A DNA stretch of 64,000 nt, from the NCBI GenBank assembly GCA_904063045.1, contig CAJFCJ010000001.1, positions 62,001 through 126,000 of the forward strand. The letters run 5' to 3'. The notes beneath the pieces are model-generated. The model did no database searches. It was not told the origin of the DNA and worked only from the letters and a program-made list of their open reading frames with translations. The position numbers and the translations under genes are program-made. The stretch is from Dimorphilus gyrociliatus (taxonomy: Eukaryota; Animalia; Annelida). Below are positions 1 to 11,779 of the stretch, piece after piece (the stretch's first letter is position 1; each line of letters begins with the position of its first letter).

Positions 1-3000
1 AGACGAACAACAACCTAGTCCGGATTCTAATTCGGAGCGACGTTCGTGCGGTCCAACAACGTCTTCTCCACAAGAAACTGTTTGTTCAAACCCAATGGAA
101 AAACTGCCAATAGATGTAGGAAAATTGGTTGAAACTGTGGTCGGCTATCAGGACAAATTCGAATTGCCAACTGACGAGGATGTAGAGAAAATATCAGTAA
201 GTGTTTACAGTTTTAAAACGGCTGTCTAGCTTTTCGATAAAAGTCTAACTAAATCTCGGACAAAAGCCTCTTTTTAAAAATGAGGTTATTTAATACATTA
301 AATATAGAACAATCGTATGGTTAAAATAAAAAAAATACCAATGCCAAAAATCCCCATTAAATTCGTAAAGTAATAACTGGTATTTGCTAATCTATCCATG
401 CAGTGTCGAATACAAATAGAGAGACGCTTGTTAACGTTTTATCCTTTGTTTTGTAGAGAAAGAGAGAGAGTTATCAACAGCTTTCTTTATCATTTAAATT
501 TAATCCTTTTACCTTCCCTAATAAGAATACAATTAACCTAGAAAACGGTAGTTTTGCTAGTAGTGAACATATCGTTGAAAAAGTAAAAGTATTGAGTTCC
601 TTCCCTCTTACTATATATATATATATACTTTATATATATATATATTATATACTGTATAGATCGCTAATTACAACTTATTATAGAGTAAAACAAAGAAACG
701 TTTTCCTAGAAAATCCGTATAAAAGACAATCTCTCAATCTCTGGATGATTACTATTATTTTATATCATATTTGTTTTTTTAAAAAAAAATTATTAATCAG
801 CTATATGAAATTTTTATATCCGATTTCTAGTGATTACTAGCGTAACTAATAGTTACGTAAATTTTTATGCGCATTTCAAAAATATACATTTGACTTTTAT
901 CCCAAAGGAGAAATTATGAGTAAGCAAGTAGTACATATTTATAGCTTGTAGGTCAAATTCATTCATGTCATACTTCTTTATAATGATTTTAATAGACTTT
1001 TGATTTTATTCTATTTGTGTAGATTGCTAGCGCCATCTATAATGTACTTTTATAACTATTCTTAGAGAGTGAGAGTTAGCGGTGAAGGAAAACCCAAGGA
1101 CATGTCTGAAATGCTTTTTAAGAATATGGCTGAAATGACTATTCTTACCACACATCTTATCGTTGATTTTGCTAAACATCTGCCTGGATTTTTAACTTTG
1201 GATCGAGAAGATCAAATCACTCTTTTAAAAGGTTCAGCCTGCGAAGTTATGATGATAAGAACTGCCAGAAGGTACGATCTGGAAACGAATACAGTGGTAT
1301 TTGCCGATGGAGCAGCTCACACCGAACAAAGTATGAGTTTAGCAGGTCTTAACGAATTTGTGGCTAGCATGTTTGAGTTTTGTCGCGGTTTGGGTAAATT
1401 ACGGGTAGACAATGCTGAATATGCCCTATTAACGGCAATCAGTATTTTTTCAGGTATGTTAATATAAAAACTATATAACATTAATTATTATATCAAATAA
1501 GTATACAAACTTTTATATATAGATCGGCCTGGTTTAAAATATTCGACGGCCGTTATGGAGTTACAAGAACGTTACGCTATCGCCTTACAAGAATATGATA
1601 AACTGAGACGTCCAAAGAAATCCAATTATTTCGCTAAATTAATATTGCAATTATGCAGACTCAGGGAATTATCAGCTGAACATTCTCAAGTTCTTTTCTC
1701 TTTAAAAGTTGAAAAGGTTAGTAAACAATTATATATTAATATTAATTACCATTTATAAAAGAGAAACTATTAAAACACTGCAAAACTAGTTGAATATTAG
1801 TTTGATATACGAAAGACAAATTGAATAGTTTACTATTTTCACTTGTAAAGGCTTAAAAATAATTAGTTTAGATAATATGATAAGTATCCTTTGAGTTTCT
1901 AGATTCCTACATATTAATTTATTACTTATAGATAAAAATAGGTTAAATATATAGTATATACATACTGTACATGTATATTAAAAAGTGTTACTTTTCAGAA
2001 TATCTCAATTTCTATACTCATTCATATATAAATCATGTAAGACTATAAGCAATTACTTGATAAATAATTTGTTTTTAAAGTTTTTTACAAGCTTAAATAA
2101 CGTATATAAACTTTCTATATAAATAAATATATAACATTTAAATATATAATGTACAGAGTGTATATAGATATGATATTGGGCTATTCTGCCCCATATTCAC
2201 TTTCTCGCCAGGATGCAAATACAACAAAAGTCCTTTCCCCTTCGTCAAACAAATAAAACACTAAACTTTTCATTTATGTGAACGATATGATATATAGATT
2301 TTTATTCGAGCTGAAAAAGAAAGAGATTTATAACATTCTTTCTTTCATAGACCTTTAACCTTTTATCTTGTTTTGTTTTCTTTTTTATTGTTTTTTTAAA
2401 AAAAAAAACAGTTTCCTGTAACTAAAACATTAGAAATCAAAAATGTCGGATATTTAAATGTCAATATATGTATACATAGTATATATAATCTTCATTTAAC
2501 AAAGCAGAGAATATACATTGTATATATCGCGTTCGGAAAGGTGAACTTGTAGTTGTTATTTCTATTATTATTAAAAAAATCGTGAATTTTAGAATTAATA
2601 ACAACAAACAATATTAAATTATGTATATATACTTGTATACAAGTATATATATGTCATTCAAGGCATTTAATATCTAAATTTATTGTAATATAAGAGCTTC
2701 ACTCTTTAGAAAGACAGGAGCAAAAAGTTAATTTAATTATCGGTTAGACTGGTGCTCTTTTACTGTATTATATATATGATTTAAGGTATTATCTTTTAAT
2801 TCTTAAGGAACTATCGTGATAAAAAGTATTCACTAATTACGTTCTTTCATTTCCTCTCACTGAGTACTGTCGATTTCCACCATTTCTTATGAAATATAAA
2901 ATTCCATTAGCAGATTTTTTTTCTCTTTCACTTGAATTTTTAACGAAGAAGGATGTTAAGTATAACTTAACTTTTATTTACTCCAGGGATCTCTACCTCC

Positions 3001-3211
3001 GTTACTCGATGAATATTTTGATGTTGCCGACCCATCTGATAACTATAACCAAAACGGTTATGACGCAGTGACATCGCCTATGTCAAATATGGGAGCGTCA
3101 CCAAGTATGGTTGCATCACCAGGCAGTTATTACAGTTCAGTGGCATCTCCAGCTTCCACTCCGCTCAGCCAATCGCCTTCCTCAAGTTTACATAGGCCAA
3201 GCGTCGATTAA
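1..3211 (+). CDS. EcR: Ecdysone receptor (NR1H / EcR-LXR-FXR group), 3' part: hinge, ligand-binding domain and F-domain
   Basis: Exons <1-196, 1066-1453, 1523-1716, 2987-3211 join in frame at GT-AG sites (phases 0,1,0). Translation has LVETVVGYQDKFELPTDEDVEKI, AEMTILTTHLIVDFAKHLPGF..L.REDQITLLK, VMMIRTARRYD, RVDNAEYALLTAISIFS|DRPGL and AF-2 LPPLLDEYFDV, matching arthropod EcR LBD motifs by eye. The DNA-binding domain lies upstream of the window. Confidence 0.85.
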
Positions 3212-3712
3212 TATCATTACTCTTAAGACTGCAAAGGAAAAATTATAAATAAAATTGAATGTCTGTTATTATTATTATTATTGTTATTATACTAATTGTG
3301 TGTTTCAATATATCGCAATGTAGTTTGATGAGTTTTCGTGTACGTTTGTATGCATAAAGTATGTATCAATGTATGTATGTATGTATGTACGTGTTTTTTT
3401 TCCCTTTTATACGTTATTTATTTCTTACTTAAAAAGAATATTGAAAGAAAAATTTTCATTATTATAAGGACAAAGAAAGGCAGCAGAAGAAAAAGAAAAG
3501 AAAGAGAAAAAGTCTTATTCTATCAACTGTTGAAAAAGAAATTGAATAGTTTTTTTTTTAAAAAAAAATGTTACAACTAAAAAACAAAATATAATACCAA
3601 ACATTGAAATAAGAATTGGTTATATTTGAAATATTTTGAAAAAAAATTGAATAAAGATATCTTGATACAGTCATTTACTTGTTATCTATTGTTTTTATAT
3701 TTTGATGATATA

Positions 3713-3716
<4 letters not shown>

Positions 3717-3757
<41 letters not shown>
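3717..3757. repeat. (TC)n microsatellite
   Basis: Pure TC run. Similar TC-rich tracts at about 3962-3987 and 6961-7040; (TA)n tracts at about 612-645 and 6380-6410. Confidence 0.95.
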
Positions 3758-3759
<2 letters not shown>

Positions 3760-4547
3760 CTCTCTCTTTCTCTTTATCAAACTCTTTCTCTCTTAATATT
3801 ATTTTTAGCTATATAAGTTTATAAAGATGTTAAAAATAATTAAAATATTAATATAAAAGGGAGGGTAGCTCTGATAAAACATTTTTGCTAAATAATTTAG
3901 TAAGCAACAAAGTGAAGAGGGTAACAGCTATTTGTGTGTAAAAAAATTTTCAAATTATCCCTTCTCTCTCTCTCTCTCTCTCTCTCTGGCTCTACGCTCT
4001 CTTCTCACAATTCTCTTCTTCCTCTTTCTCTTCCTCTTGGTCTTTCTTCTTCGTTGGTAACACACCTCCGCAACAAACCAGAATAAAAGATTCAACGTAT
4101 TTCAAGTCTGTTAAAATATATATAAGATTCTGTATTTAAATAAATAAAGGAAAATCGTAGAAAAGATTATATTTCTTCATTTTCTATTGTTTACACGTTA
4201 TGTGTGTATAGTATGATCGTTTTCATTAGTAAAATGCATATGTAAAGTGTATTGTACACTGGATGAATTTCATAAGTATATTATCTGATAGTATAAGTTA
4301 TTCAAATCTATATTGCTTCTTTCAATATTCATATTTTTATTCATATCATTCGGGGTCAATTGAAGGGTAAAAATAGATTAAAAGAAATTTTTGTACTAAC
4401 TTTATTTAGTATTAAATCATTGATTATTTAATTATGAATATCAACCATTTGTTTTCGATAAATTTATTCAAGAGTTCACTAACCAATTCATTCATAAATT
4501 AGCCCGAAAGTATGTTTAAGAGTCCGTTCGTCGATTGGTTGAATTCG

Positions 4548-4575
4548 TAGTGACGTCACTATGATATTATATAAA
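4548..4575 (+). promoter_or_regulatory. Core promoter of the PDF gene: palindromic CRE plus TATA box
   Basis: Perfect 14-bp palindrome TAGTGACGTCACTA (4548-4561) containing TGACGTCA, then TATATAAA (4568-4575), a short non-coding exon ending at GTGAGT (4638) and an acceptor just before the ATG at 4716. Confidence 0.7.
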
Positions 4576-4715
4576 CTCTCAGCTTCTGTTCTAAAAGCGC
4601 TTTACATCCGCTACTAGACACTAGAAAATAAATCGAGGTGAGTGCAAATAAATAAATTTTTATGGTTAATTAATATGTTTACCTGCAAAATTTGTTCATT
4701 TCATAATGTAGTATT

Positions 4716-6374
4716 ATGATGCCCTTAAAACTACTGGTTGTCCTTTTGGGTTTCTTATTATTGGCTGATACGACCCCTATTAAGCGAGACACCTCAGTCT
4801 CTGATTTTGCGGAAGTAAGTTATTTTTCCAAAAATATATTGCTTTTCTACATTAGCTTAGCCACAGGTCAATTAATGCTGTTAAGAGCACATGTCAAAAA
4901 AATATACAGTATTAATAAATCGACACTAAATCTACCGTACACAAGAGGTTTTTAACTATTGTAAATAACATATTTCAAAGTTTTACTTATGATCTTTAAG
5001 CATGAAAGGAAGGACATTAAAAATTTACACTCGTCCTCATAGGATTTTTATGTGTTATATCCAAAAAATTTATTTCCTACCGCTATTTATTATTTATTGT
5101 CTAATTTTGAAATCTTGTAATTCGGAAATTCTTGAAAAAAAGAAGACAAGAGAGACTTTAGTAGTTCTTTTTAAACTGCTCTAAAAGGGCTTAAAGAAGG
5201 AGTTCAAGAAGTTATAGAAATGCAATTTACCCATCTTCTCTTCTTATCTTAATCCTTCTTCTAAAGCTTGTTTTCTTTTCATGCCATCTTCATGCAATTT
5301 ACCCATCTTCTCTTCTTATCTTAATCCTTCTTCTAAAGCTTGTTTTCTTTTCATGCCATCTTTATCCTCTTTGAAGACAATCTGTTGAATAGAGTGTAAT
5401 ACGATGTGGAAAGAACAGATAGTACTAATACCAATTTGTTAGAATTATGTAAATTCAATTTAGATGAACAATAACATATCTGCTTTGCTTTCTTTTTCAA
5501 AAGTGCTAGATCTAATAGATAATACAAAATTATTCCTGTACTGTATATCGAATTTATTAAGACTTTATTATATTTATTCAGTATTATCTCTATCCACAAA
5601 CTTTCTAATTTTCTTCGAATATAATAACTTCTACATGTACGTTATATGGCGTAGAGATAACGGTACAGCTTTCTCCTTGGATATGCGCGATTTAAATACT
5701 TCAAAGTAATCTTCATAGAGAAATTTTTCAAAGGTAGTAAAAGTGAAAATGAAGGGAAGGAGACAAGATAGAGGAGGATATGTTTGAGAATAAATCGACA
5801 CGCCCCAACAAGAATAGAGAAAGACTTTAGACTTACAAAAAAAAATTTATTACTTATTATTTTTTAGATATAATATATCTAATAATGTTAGCGAAAATAT
5901 AAGCTAGATGAGTCTATACTTTTCCTTCTGTTCTCTTTCTATAAAAAAAATATATAATGAAGATAAATGTATACAAATGAATTTGAAAAGATAGAGGAAA
6001 AAGAAATGGGTAAAAGTCACTTAGAGTAAACGTCAACAGCCATAAACGAGCAAATCAGTTGGAATTCCATTATCTCTCCCAAGATTTGGAGGACATCCTC
6101 CATCTAATTTAAAAACAGAAAATTGCTCATGCCTACAAATAGAGACGCTAACAAAGAAAGAAACTAGATTTCTGCCTTTGAAAATTTTAAAAAACATGAT
6201 TAATATTTTCAATTTCCTAAAAAAAGATAATTAAAATTCATGTTACATACTTTTGGCCTTAACCCTGTTTATTTGATTGATGAACATGTCTATTTCCACA
6301 AATTATATTTGGCCAAATATTTATATTAAAAATAAAGGATTTATATATATCTATATATCTATATATACTGTATA

Positions 6375-6411
<37 letters not shown>

Positions 6412-6705
6412 TGCATATATTCTGCAAAATAACCAAATAAAAATTCAACTCTGCTCACAATAGTTATTTCTAACATAAACATATATAATATATAACATAT
6501 TTTCATTAACTAATTGAAATTTTACTTTAAAAAATCACGTTTGCTCTAATTAACTAAGGAATTATCATCGGTTGGAAGAAAACTGATAAGCTTGGCAGAA
6601 AAGATAAAGCAAAATGGAGGAGAAAAGGCTATAAAGAGAAATTATGGAACCTTAGACGCGTTGATAGGAATGCCTGATTTCTTCCACCAAGGAAAGAAGC
6701 GTTAA
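4716..6705 (+). CDS. pdf: Pigment-dispersing factor / cerebrin-type neuropeptide precursor
   Basis: Exons 4716-4814 and 6559-6705 (phase 0) give MMPLKLLVVLLGFLLLADTTPIKRDTSVSDFAE|ELSSVGRKLISLAEKIKQNGGEKAIKR-NYGTLDALIGMPDFFHQ-G-KKR*. This is a signal peptide, a dibasic site, and a 17-residue amidated peptide at the C-terminus resembling Aplysia cerebrin (NGGTADALYNLPDLEKI-amide). Confidence 0.85.
5220..5362. repeat. Exact tandem duplication (71 identical nt, period 72) in the PDF intron
   Basis: 5220-5290 is identical to 5292-5362. Confidence 0.95.
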
Positions 6706-6984
6706 AAGAAGATAAAATGTCTTTTTTTTTTCCATTCCGAAATATCTTTTTTCATTCTTTGTTTAAAATCGAATTAAATGCAATACATGTGTGAAAAATA
6801 TTTACAAATTCTTCTATTACTTCATTCTATGAAAATCCTAAGATAAAAAAAGAGTCTCATTTGAAGGTCAACCTTAACTTAAAGTATTACTCTGGATAAT
6901 ATTAAAAAAATTAGTCCTTTCGGCTAAGTACGTTAATGTTCCGTAAAAAAAAAACCCACTCTCCTTCTCTCTTCTCTTTCTCTC

Positions 6985-7043
<59 letters not shown>

Positions 7044-10000
7044 GTCCCTCTCTCTCTCTTCTGGTCAGCTTTCTCAGCTCACATTTTAACTCAACCTTTT
7101 CTTGAATTTTAGAAAGATTACTACGGACAAGCCATAGCTTTGATTCTAATAGCTACAAAAATAGATTATCTAATAATAGAATATATACAATATCTGTTCA
7201 TTAATATTTTTCCTACTTGAACATGAAAAAGTGTGAAAAAGAATCATCATCTTTTCAATAAAATGCAACAAGACCGCTTTATTTAATTTTCAAAAGCGTT
7301 ATTAACTATATTATAGTTTTTAGCGATCGATCACGGATAATCTGGCTTTTTTTTTGTTAACCGACTACAGATTATATTCTCGTTGACAATTGCAACCTTT
7401 TAGAGAGAAAACAAAATATACTTTGACGAAGTATTGACTCAAAATAAAACATAAACAATGTCGTTATAAAAAAATTATCGATTAGTTCTCCTCGGCGTCT
7501 AATTATGAATTCAAAATAACATCAATAAAAAAAGAAACAATCATAGAACAACTATGTCTCTTTTAACTATAGTAATTTATTATTAAAATGTTGTATTACT
7601 ACTTCTATCTCCTTAATGCCAGTATTATTCACGTTACGGTTACAGTATACTAAAAAATGTAATAGTCTTCTTTTAAGATCATACAATATTCATTTGTTAG
7701 CAGAATTAATACCACTTGACAATGTTAAAGTCTGTTAGATGGCGCTAGTTTCTAACAACTTGGTCTTAAAGCGGAGTGTACTAGAATATACATGGAGGGA
7801 CAGGTATAGTTTAAATATATGTATACCACATTTTAAAGCAAATAATAAGAATTGGTTAAGTAAATTTATTTAATGTCTGCTTTGTTAAAGATGTCTTTAG
7901 AGACGTTATTCACTATACATACAGGTATACAAGTTGATATACAGTATATACATATATATATACGTTTTGATAAGTATTTCGTTCTATTTTCATATATTTA
8001 GACAGGAAGTTAAAAGAAAAAGGACAGGAAGGGATCTAATAATAAAAAAAATTAACAAAATCTTTGCACGTTAAGCCTATATGCTCTATGTATATAAACC
8101 TAAAAGTCAAAATGATAAAGTTCTTAAGCGGTGTCTACCCGTCGCCTACTTAATTGCGTAATATTTAATTTATAAGGTGTAGAAGGTATTTTTTCTTAAC
8201 GTTCAATTTAATTTAAATTCTTTAAGCATTTTTTTTATCCTGGCGACATTATGCAAGATCACTTTACACAAAGCAGCTTTTGTCACTTTGGACGTTTACT
8301 TTTCATTTGACTTTGTCCCTTGTCAAGAGAATGTGACTTCTCTTGACATGCTTTAGTCCTTGGTTTTTACGGATTTATCAAAAAAATAGAGAAATAAAAG
8401 AGAGTTAAAGTAAAATAGAAGAAAATCGAAAAAGAGATAAAATTTGCATACGAAATTTATTCTGACACCAAACAGAGCCGTAGCCGTTGGCTTTATAGCT
8501 ATTATCAGTCAAACATTTCGTCTACTGAAAAATGAAAGGGTACTAGGATAAAATCACTTTTTTCTTTCTATCTATACAATTTACAGTCACCTCCCTCTCC
8601 TCCTTACTCCTCCTACTCATTTCTTTATTTTCCGTTAAAAATACCATTCATCGAAGAGGATTCTAATACCTTACTTTTAGACATTCAATCTTTATCTAGC
8701 ACATTACTATAGTTCTTGTATTAAATTACCTTCTCAAAGAAAAAGAAAAGAAAACATAAAGCTGCTACACACTTAAATAGAGATAAATAAGGGAAAAGAG
8801 ATAAAAGAAATTGTTGAATTAAACGCTTCTGTCGGTGAATTATATTATCAAAAGAGAATGGATTTGATCAGTTTATATCAAACAAAACTAAGGTGAAAAC
8901 TTTTCGGTGAATTGCGCCAGAACGAAGAGAATAAACAAAATTCCTAGATAAACTCGGTGTATACTCGAATTGTTTATTTACGAATGTAGTTACAATATCC
9001 GACTATCATCAAAGTAGTTAATTAATTAAATTGGTTCCTTTTTCCGCTCCTTTAAGTTTTTTTGTCACTACTATTATGAACATTAAAAGAAACGAAATAA
9101 AATTTAAGAATATTTCTCTTCCATTCACTACAATTTCCCTTATTTTTGAACAAATATTTCAAATAGAAAAATACCGTCAAGTATTAACATGGCTTTTAGG
9201 CATTTTTCTTCTATTTCTCTTATTCCTTTACAGAAAGCTTTTATTTTCATTTGATTGTTAGACGTTTTATAATCTCTTCTACAAAATTCAATGATTTTTT
9301 TCTCAGCTATTCATCCTTTTTAAAGTACTTGTTATAAAAATAGTCTTCTACACATTTCAGAAAGGAGAAAAAACACCAAAATATAATACTAACTTACTTA
9401 TTAAACTTAATACAATATATTAAAATCATTCTGACCCTTCTCTTCACTGTTTACGTATAGTGTAAATGTAAAAGAAATAACAATAAAAGAGACTATCAAA
9501 ATGTCTTACTCTTTCTAACATTTCTAGGTGTTAGCAGAACGATTTTTCACAGTTCGAAGCGATAAAAAAACGAAAGTAAAATGGTAAAAGAAACATTAAC
9601 TCGTATTTAACGAAAATAAAAAAAAAGACCAGACATGGAGCTGACAAGTGCCAAAGTGACACTATCCTATTGCGTATAATTCACAAAGTTTATTTCTTTA
9701 CTAGCACCTATTTTTACTAACAAACTTTCCATTTATATATATAAAATAAAGACTTAAATATCTAAAATATTTCTAGAAAGAGAGAAACAAGAATACACTC
9801 TACAGTTTAATTGGTTTGTTATAAATGATCAATCCCTTATTCAAAAGGTATTCAAACACCGTTTCTTTCTTCAATAATTTATAAACGTATCTGATATTTC
9901 AGCGAAGGAATTTACAAAAGACCGAAAAAAAAAGCTTTGGACCGTTTAGTAATTTATGTAAAAAAAAAGAAAGAAAGGAATAAAAAAAAGAGAAAAAGAG

Positions 10001-10271
10001 AGAAAGAATGAGAAAAAAGAAATAAAAGATGAGAAGAAAAAATTACTAGAACGTTTCGCATGAATAGGAGAAAGACGCGAGATAAAATTCCTTACAAAAT
10101 GGCAATCCTGTATAAACAAATTGCATTCCTTAGAGGTTTTACGTACAATGTAACAATAGATGAATAACATAAAAATAAAGGTTTAATGGTAAAAAATAAC
10201 TCTGGAAATAAACTTTTCCATCTAGAATTTCTTTATAAGGGTCAATAATACTGGCTAAATAAAATGAATAT

Positions 10272-10390
10272 GGCCAATCAGAGACGAGAGCCGTGCCAAA
10301 AACGCGTCAGTCGCGAGTTGATTGGTTAACGCGTGTCGGCGTTTTCCGACAGTCGGTCAGTCATCTGGTCAGGCGCGTGTGGCACGTGTA
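10272..10390 (+). promoter_or_regulatory. Proximal promoter / 5' region of the HES gene
   Basis: GC-rich island in AT-rich DNA. CCAAT at about 10274, ATTGG at 10321, two CACGCG sites on the minus strand (10330-10335, 10374-10379) and TGGCACGTG (E-box 10383-10388) within 70 nt of the ATG. Confidence 0.6.
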
Positions 10391-10399
10391 ATCGTAAAA

Positions 10400-11779
10400 A
10401 TGTCTGACGGTGGGAAAAAGGTAAAATTACGTTTACTTATTCTATTTGTTTAACCAAGTTGTAAAAATAATATTATACTTTTAATAGAATAATAAACCTA
10501 AAATGGAGAAAAGACGACGAGCAAGAATGAATGCCTCTCTAGGCGAATTAAAGGCTTTACTCTTGGATTCTATGAAAAGAGATGTAAGAACAGATAACTC
10601 TTAATTAAAATAAATTTTTTAAATTGTATACATTCCCCTGCTTTTCTCTTAATCTGTTAAGATATACAAATTGTACCATTTATATAAATAAATATGACAC
10701 ATGTTATCTTTTTATAGGGAACTAAGCATAATAAAATGGAAAAGGCTGATATCCTCGAGTATACAGTTCAATATTTAAGGAGAATTCAACGCCAAGAGTT
10801 TTCAGGTAAGCCACCTTCCTCCGTAAAATAATTATTAATCGTTAAACCACTGAACCCCCATTTAAATAGACAAGAGTAGTTGTAATAAAAAAAGAATAAG
10901 AAAGGGTGTGGTGTAATGGTAATGCGTGCAAATAAAAGGATGAGAGAATTGAAAAGGTTATGATTATGAGAAAAATAAATAGGATATTTAAATTTTCCTG
11001 TCCTTCCTTTCTTTCTTCTCTTTATTAAAGTTTTCATTCATCGGCCTTTTCTTCTATCCTTTTCGCATTTCTCTCACACCACCCCCCGGCCTCTCTATAG
11101 CACTTATCCCCTCATCATTTTCGTTTTATTAGTTCAATTAAGCGTTTAAGTTTTGCAAAGTTTTGATACGTTTTTTTTCACCGAGTGTTACATTAAGACG
11201 TTTCGTTTTTTACGATAGAATTAGGCCTTACTTTTCCCTTTTGAAAGGGCTAAAAGGGGTTGAGAAAGGGTAAAGGAGCTGGAAAAAAACCCAGATCTAC
11301 GTAGACAATAGTCGTAAAAGAACGGCGCCATGATAGGAAACTAGTTAGAGATAAGAGATTGTATATGAAATTGTAAACATTTTGTAAATTGATCTTTAAC
11401 AGTCGCTGCTGCTTCCGATCCATCAATTTTGAATAAATACTACGCCGGCTACAATGAATGTACGGAGGAAGTTTCAAAATTTTTATTATCAGCCGATATT
11501 GATTCGGATTTAAGAACCCGTTTAGTAGAACACTTAACGTCCTGTTCAACGATACGAAAAGCCGATCCCAACAACAATAACGTTCTACCAATGACTTTTG
11601 TCCTACCGGAAAGATCCAATTATTTAGTTATAACAAATTCAACACCAGAAAAGGCTATACTTATGCAACTTCCGTTGGAAAAAAAGAGATCTGGTTCTCC
11701 TTGCTCATCGGATTGCTCACCTCCAAAGTGCTCAAAATCTGAAGATCATTGGAGACCTTGGCAAAAGAACATTATGTGA
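10400..11779 (+). CDS. Hairy/Enhancer-of-split (HES) bHLH-Orange repressor
   Basis: Exons 10400-10420, 10488-10583, 10718-10805, 11403-11779. Basic region [14 protein letters not shown] with the HES proline, helix 2 [15 protein letters not shown], Orange domain [17 protein letters not shown]...LRTRLVEHL, and WRPW near the C-terminus. Confidence 0.92.

Noticed and set aside
4352-4366. Possible ecdysone response element GGGTCAATTGAAGG near EcR
   Set aside because: The second half-site and spacing do not fit IR1; single half-sites are expected by chance.
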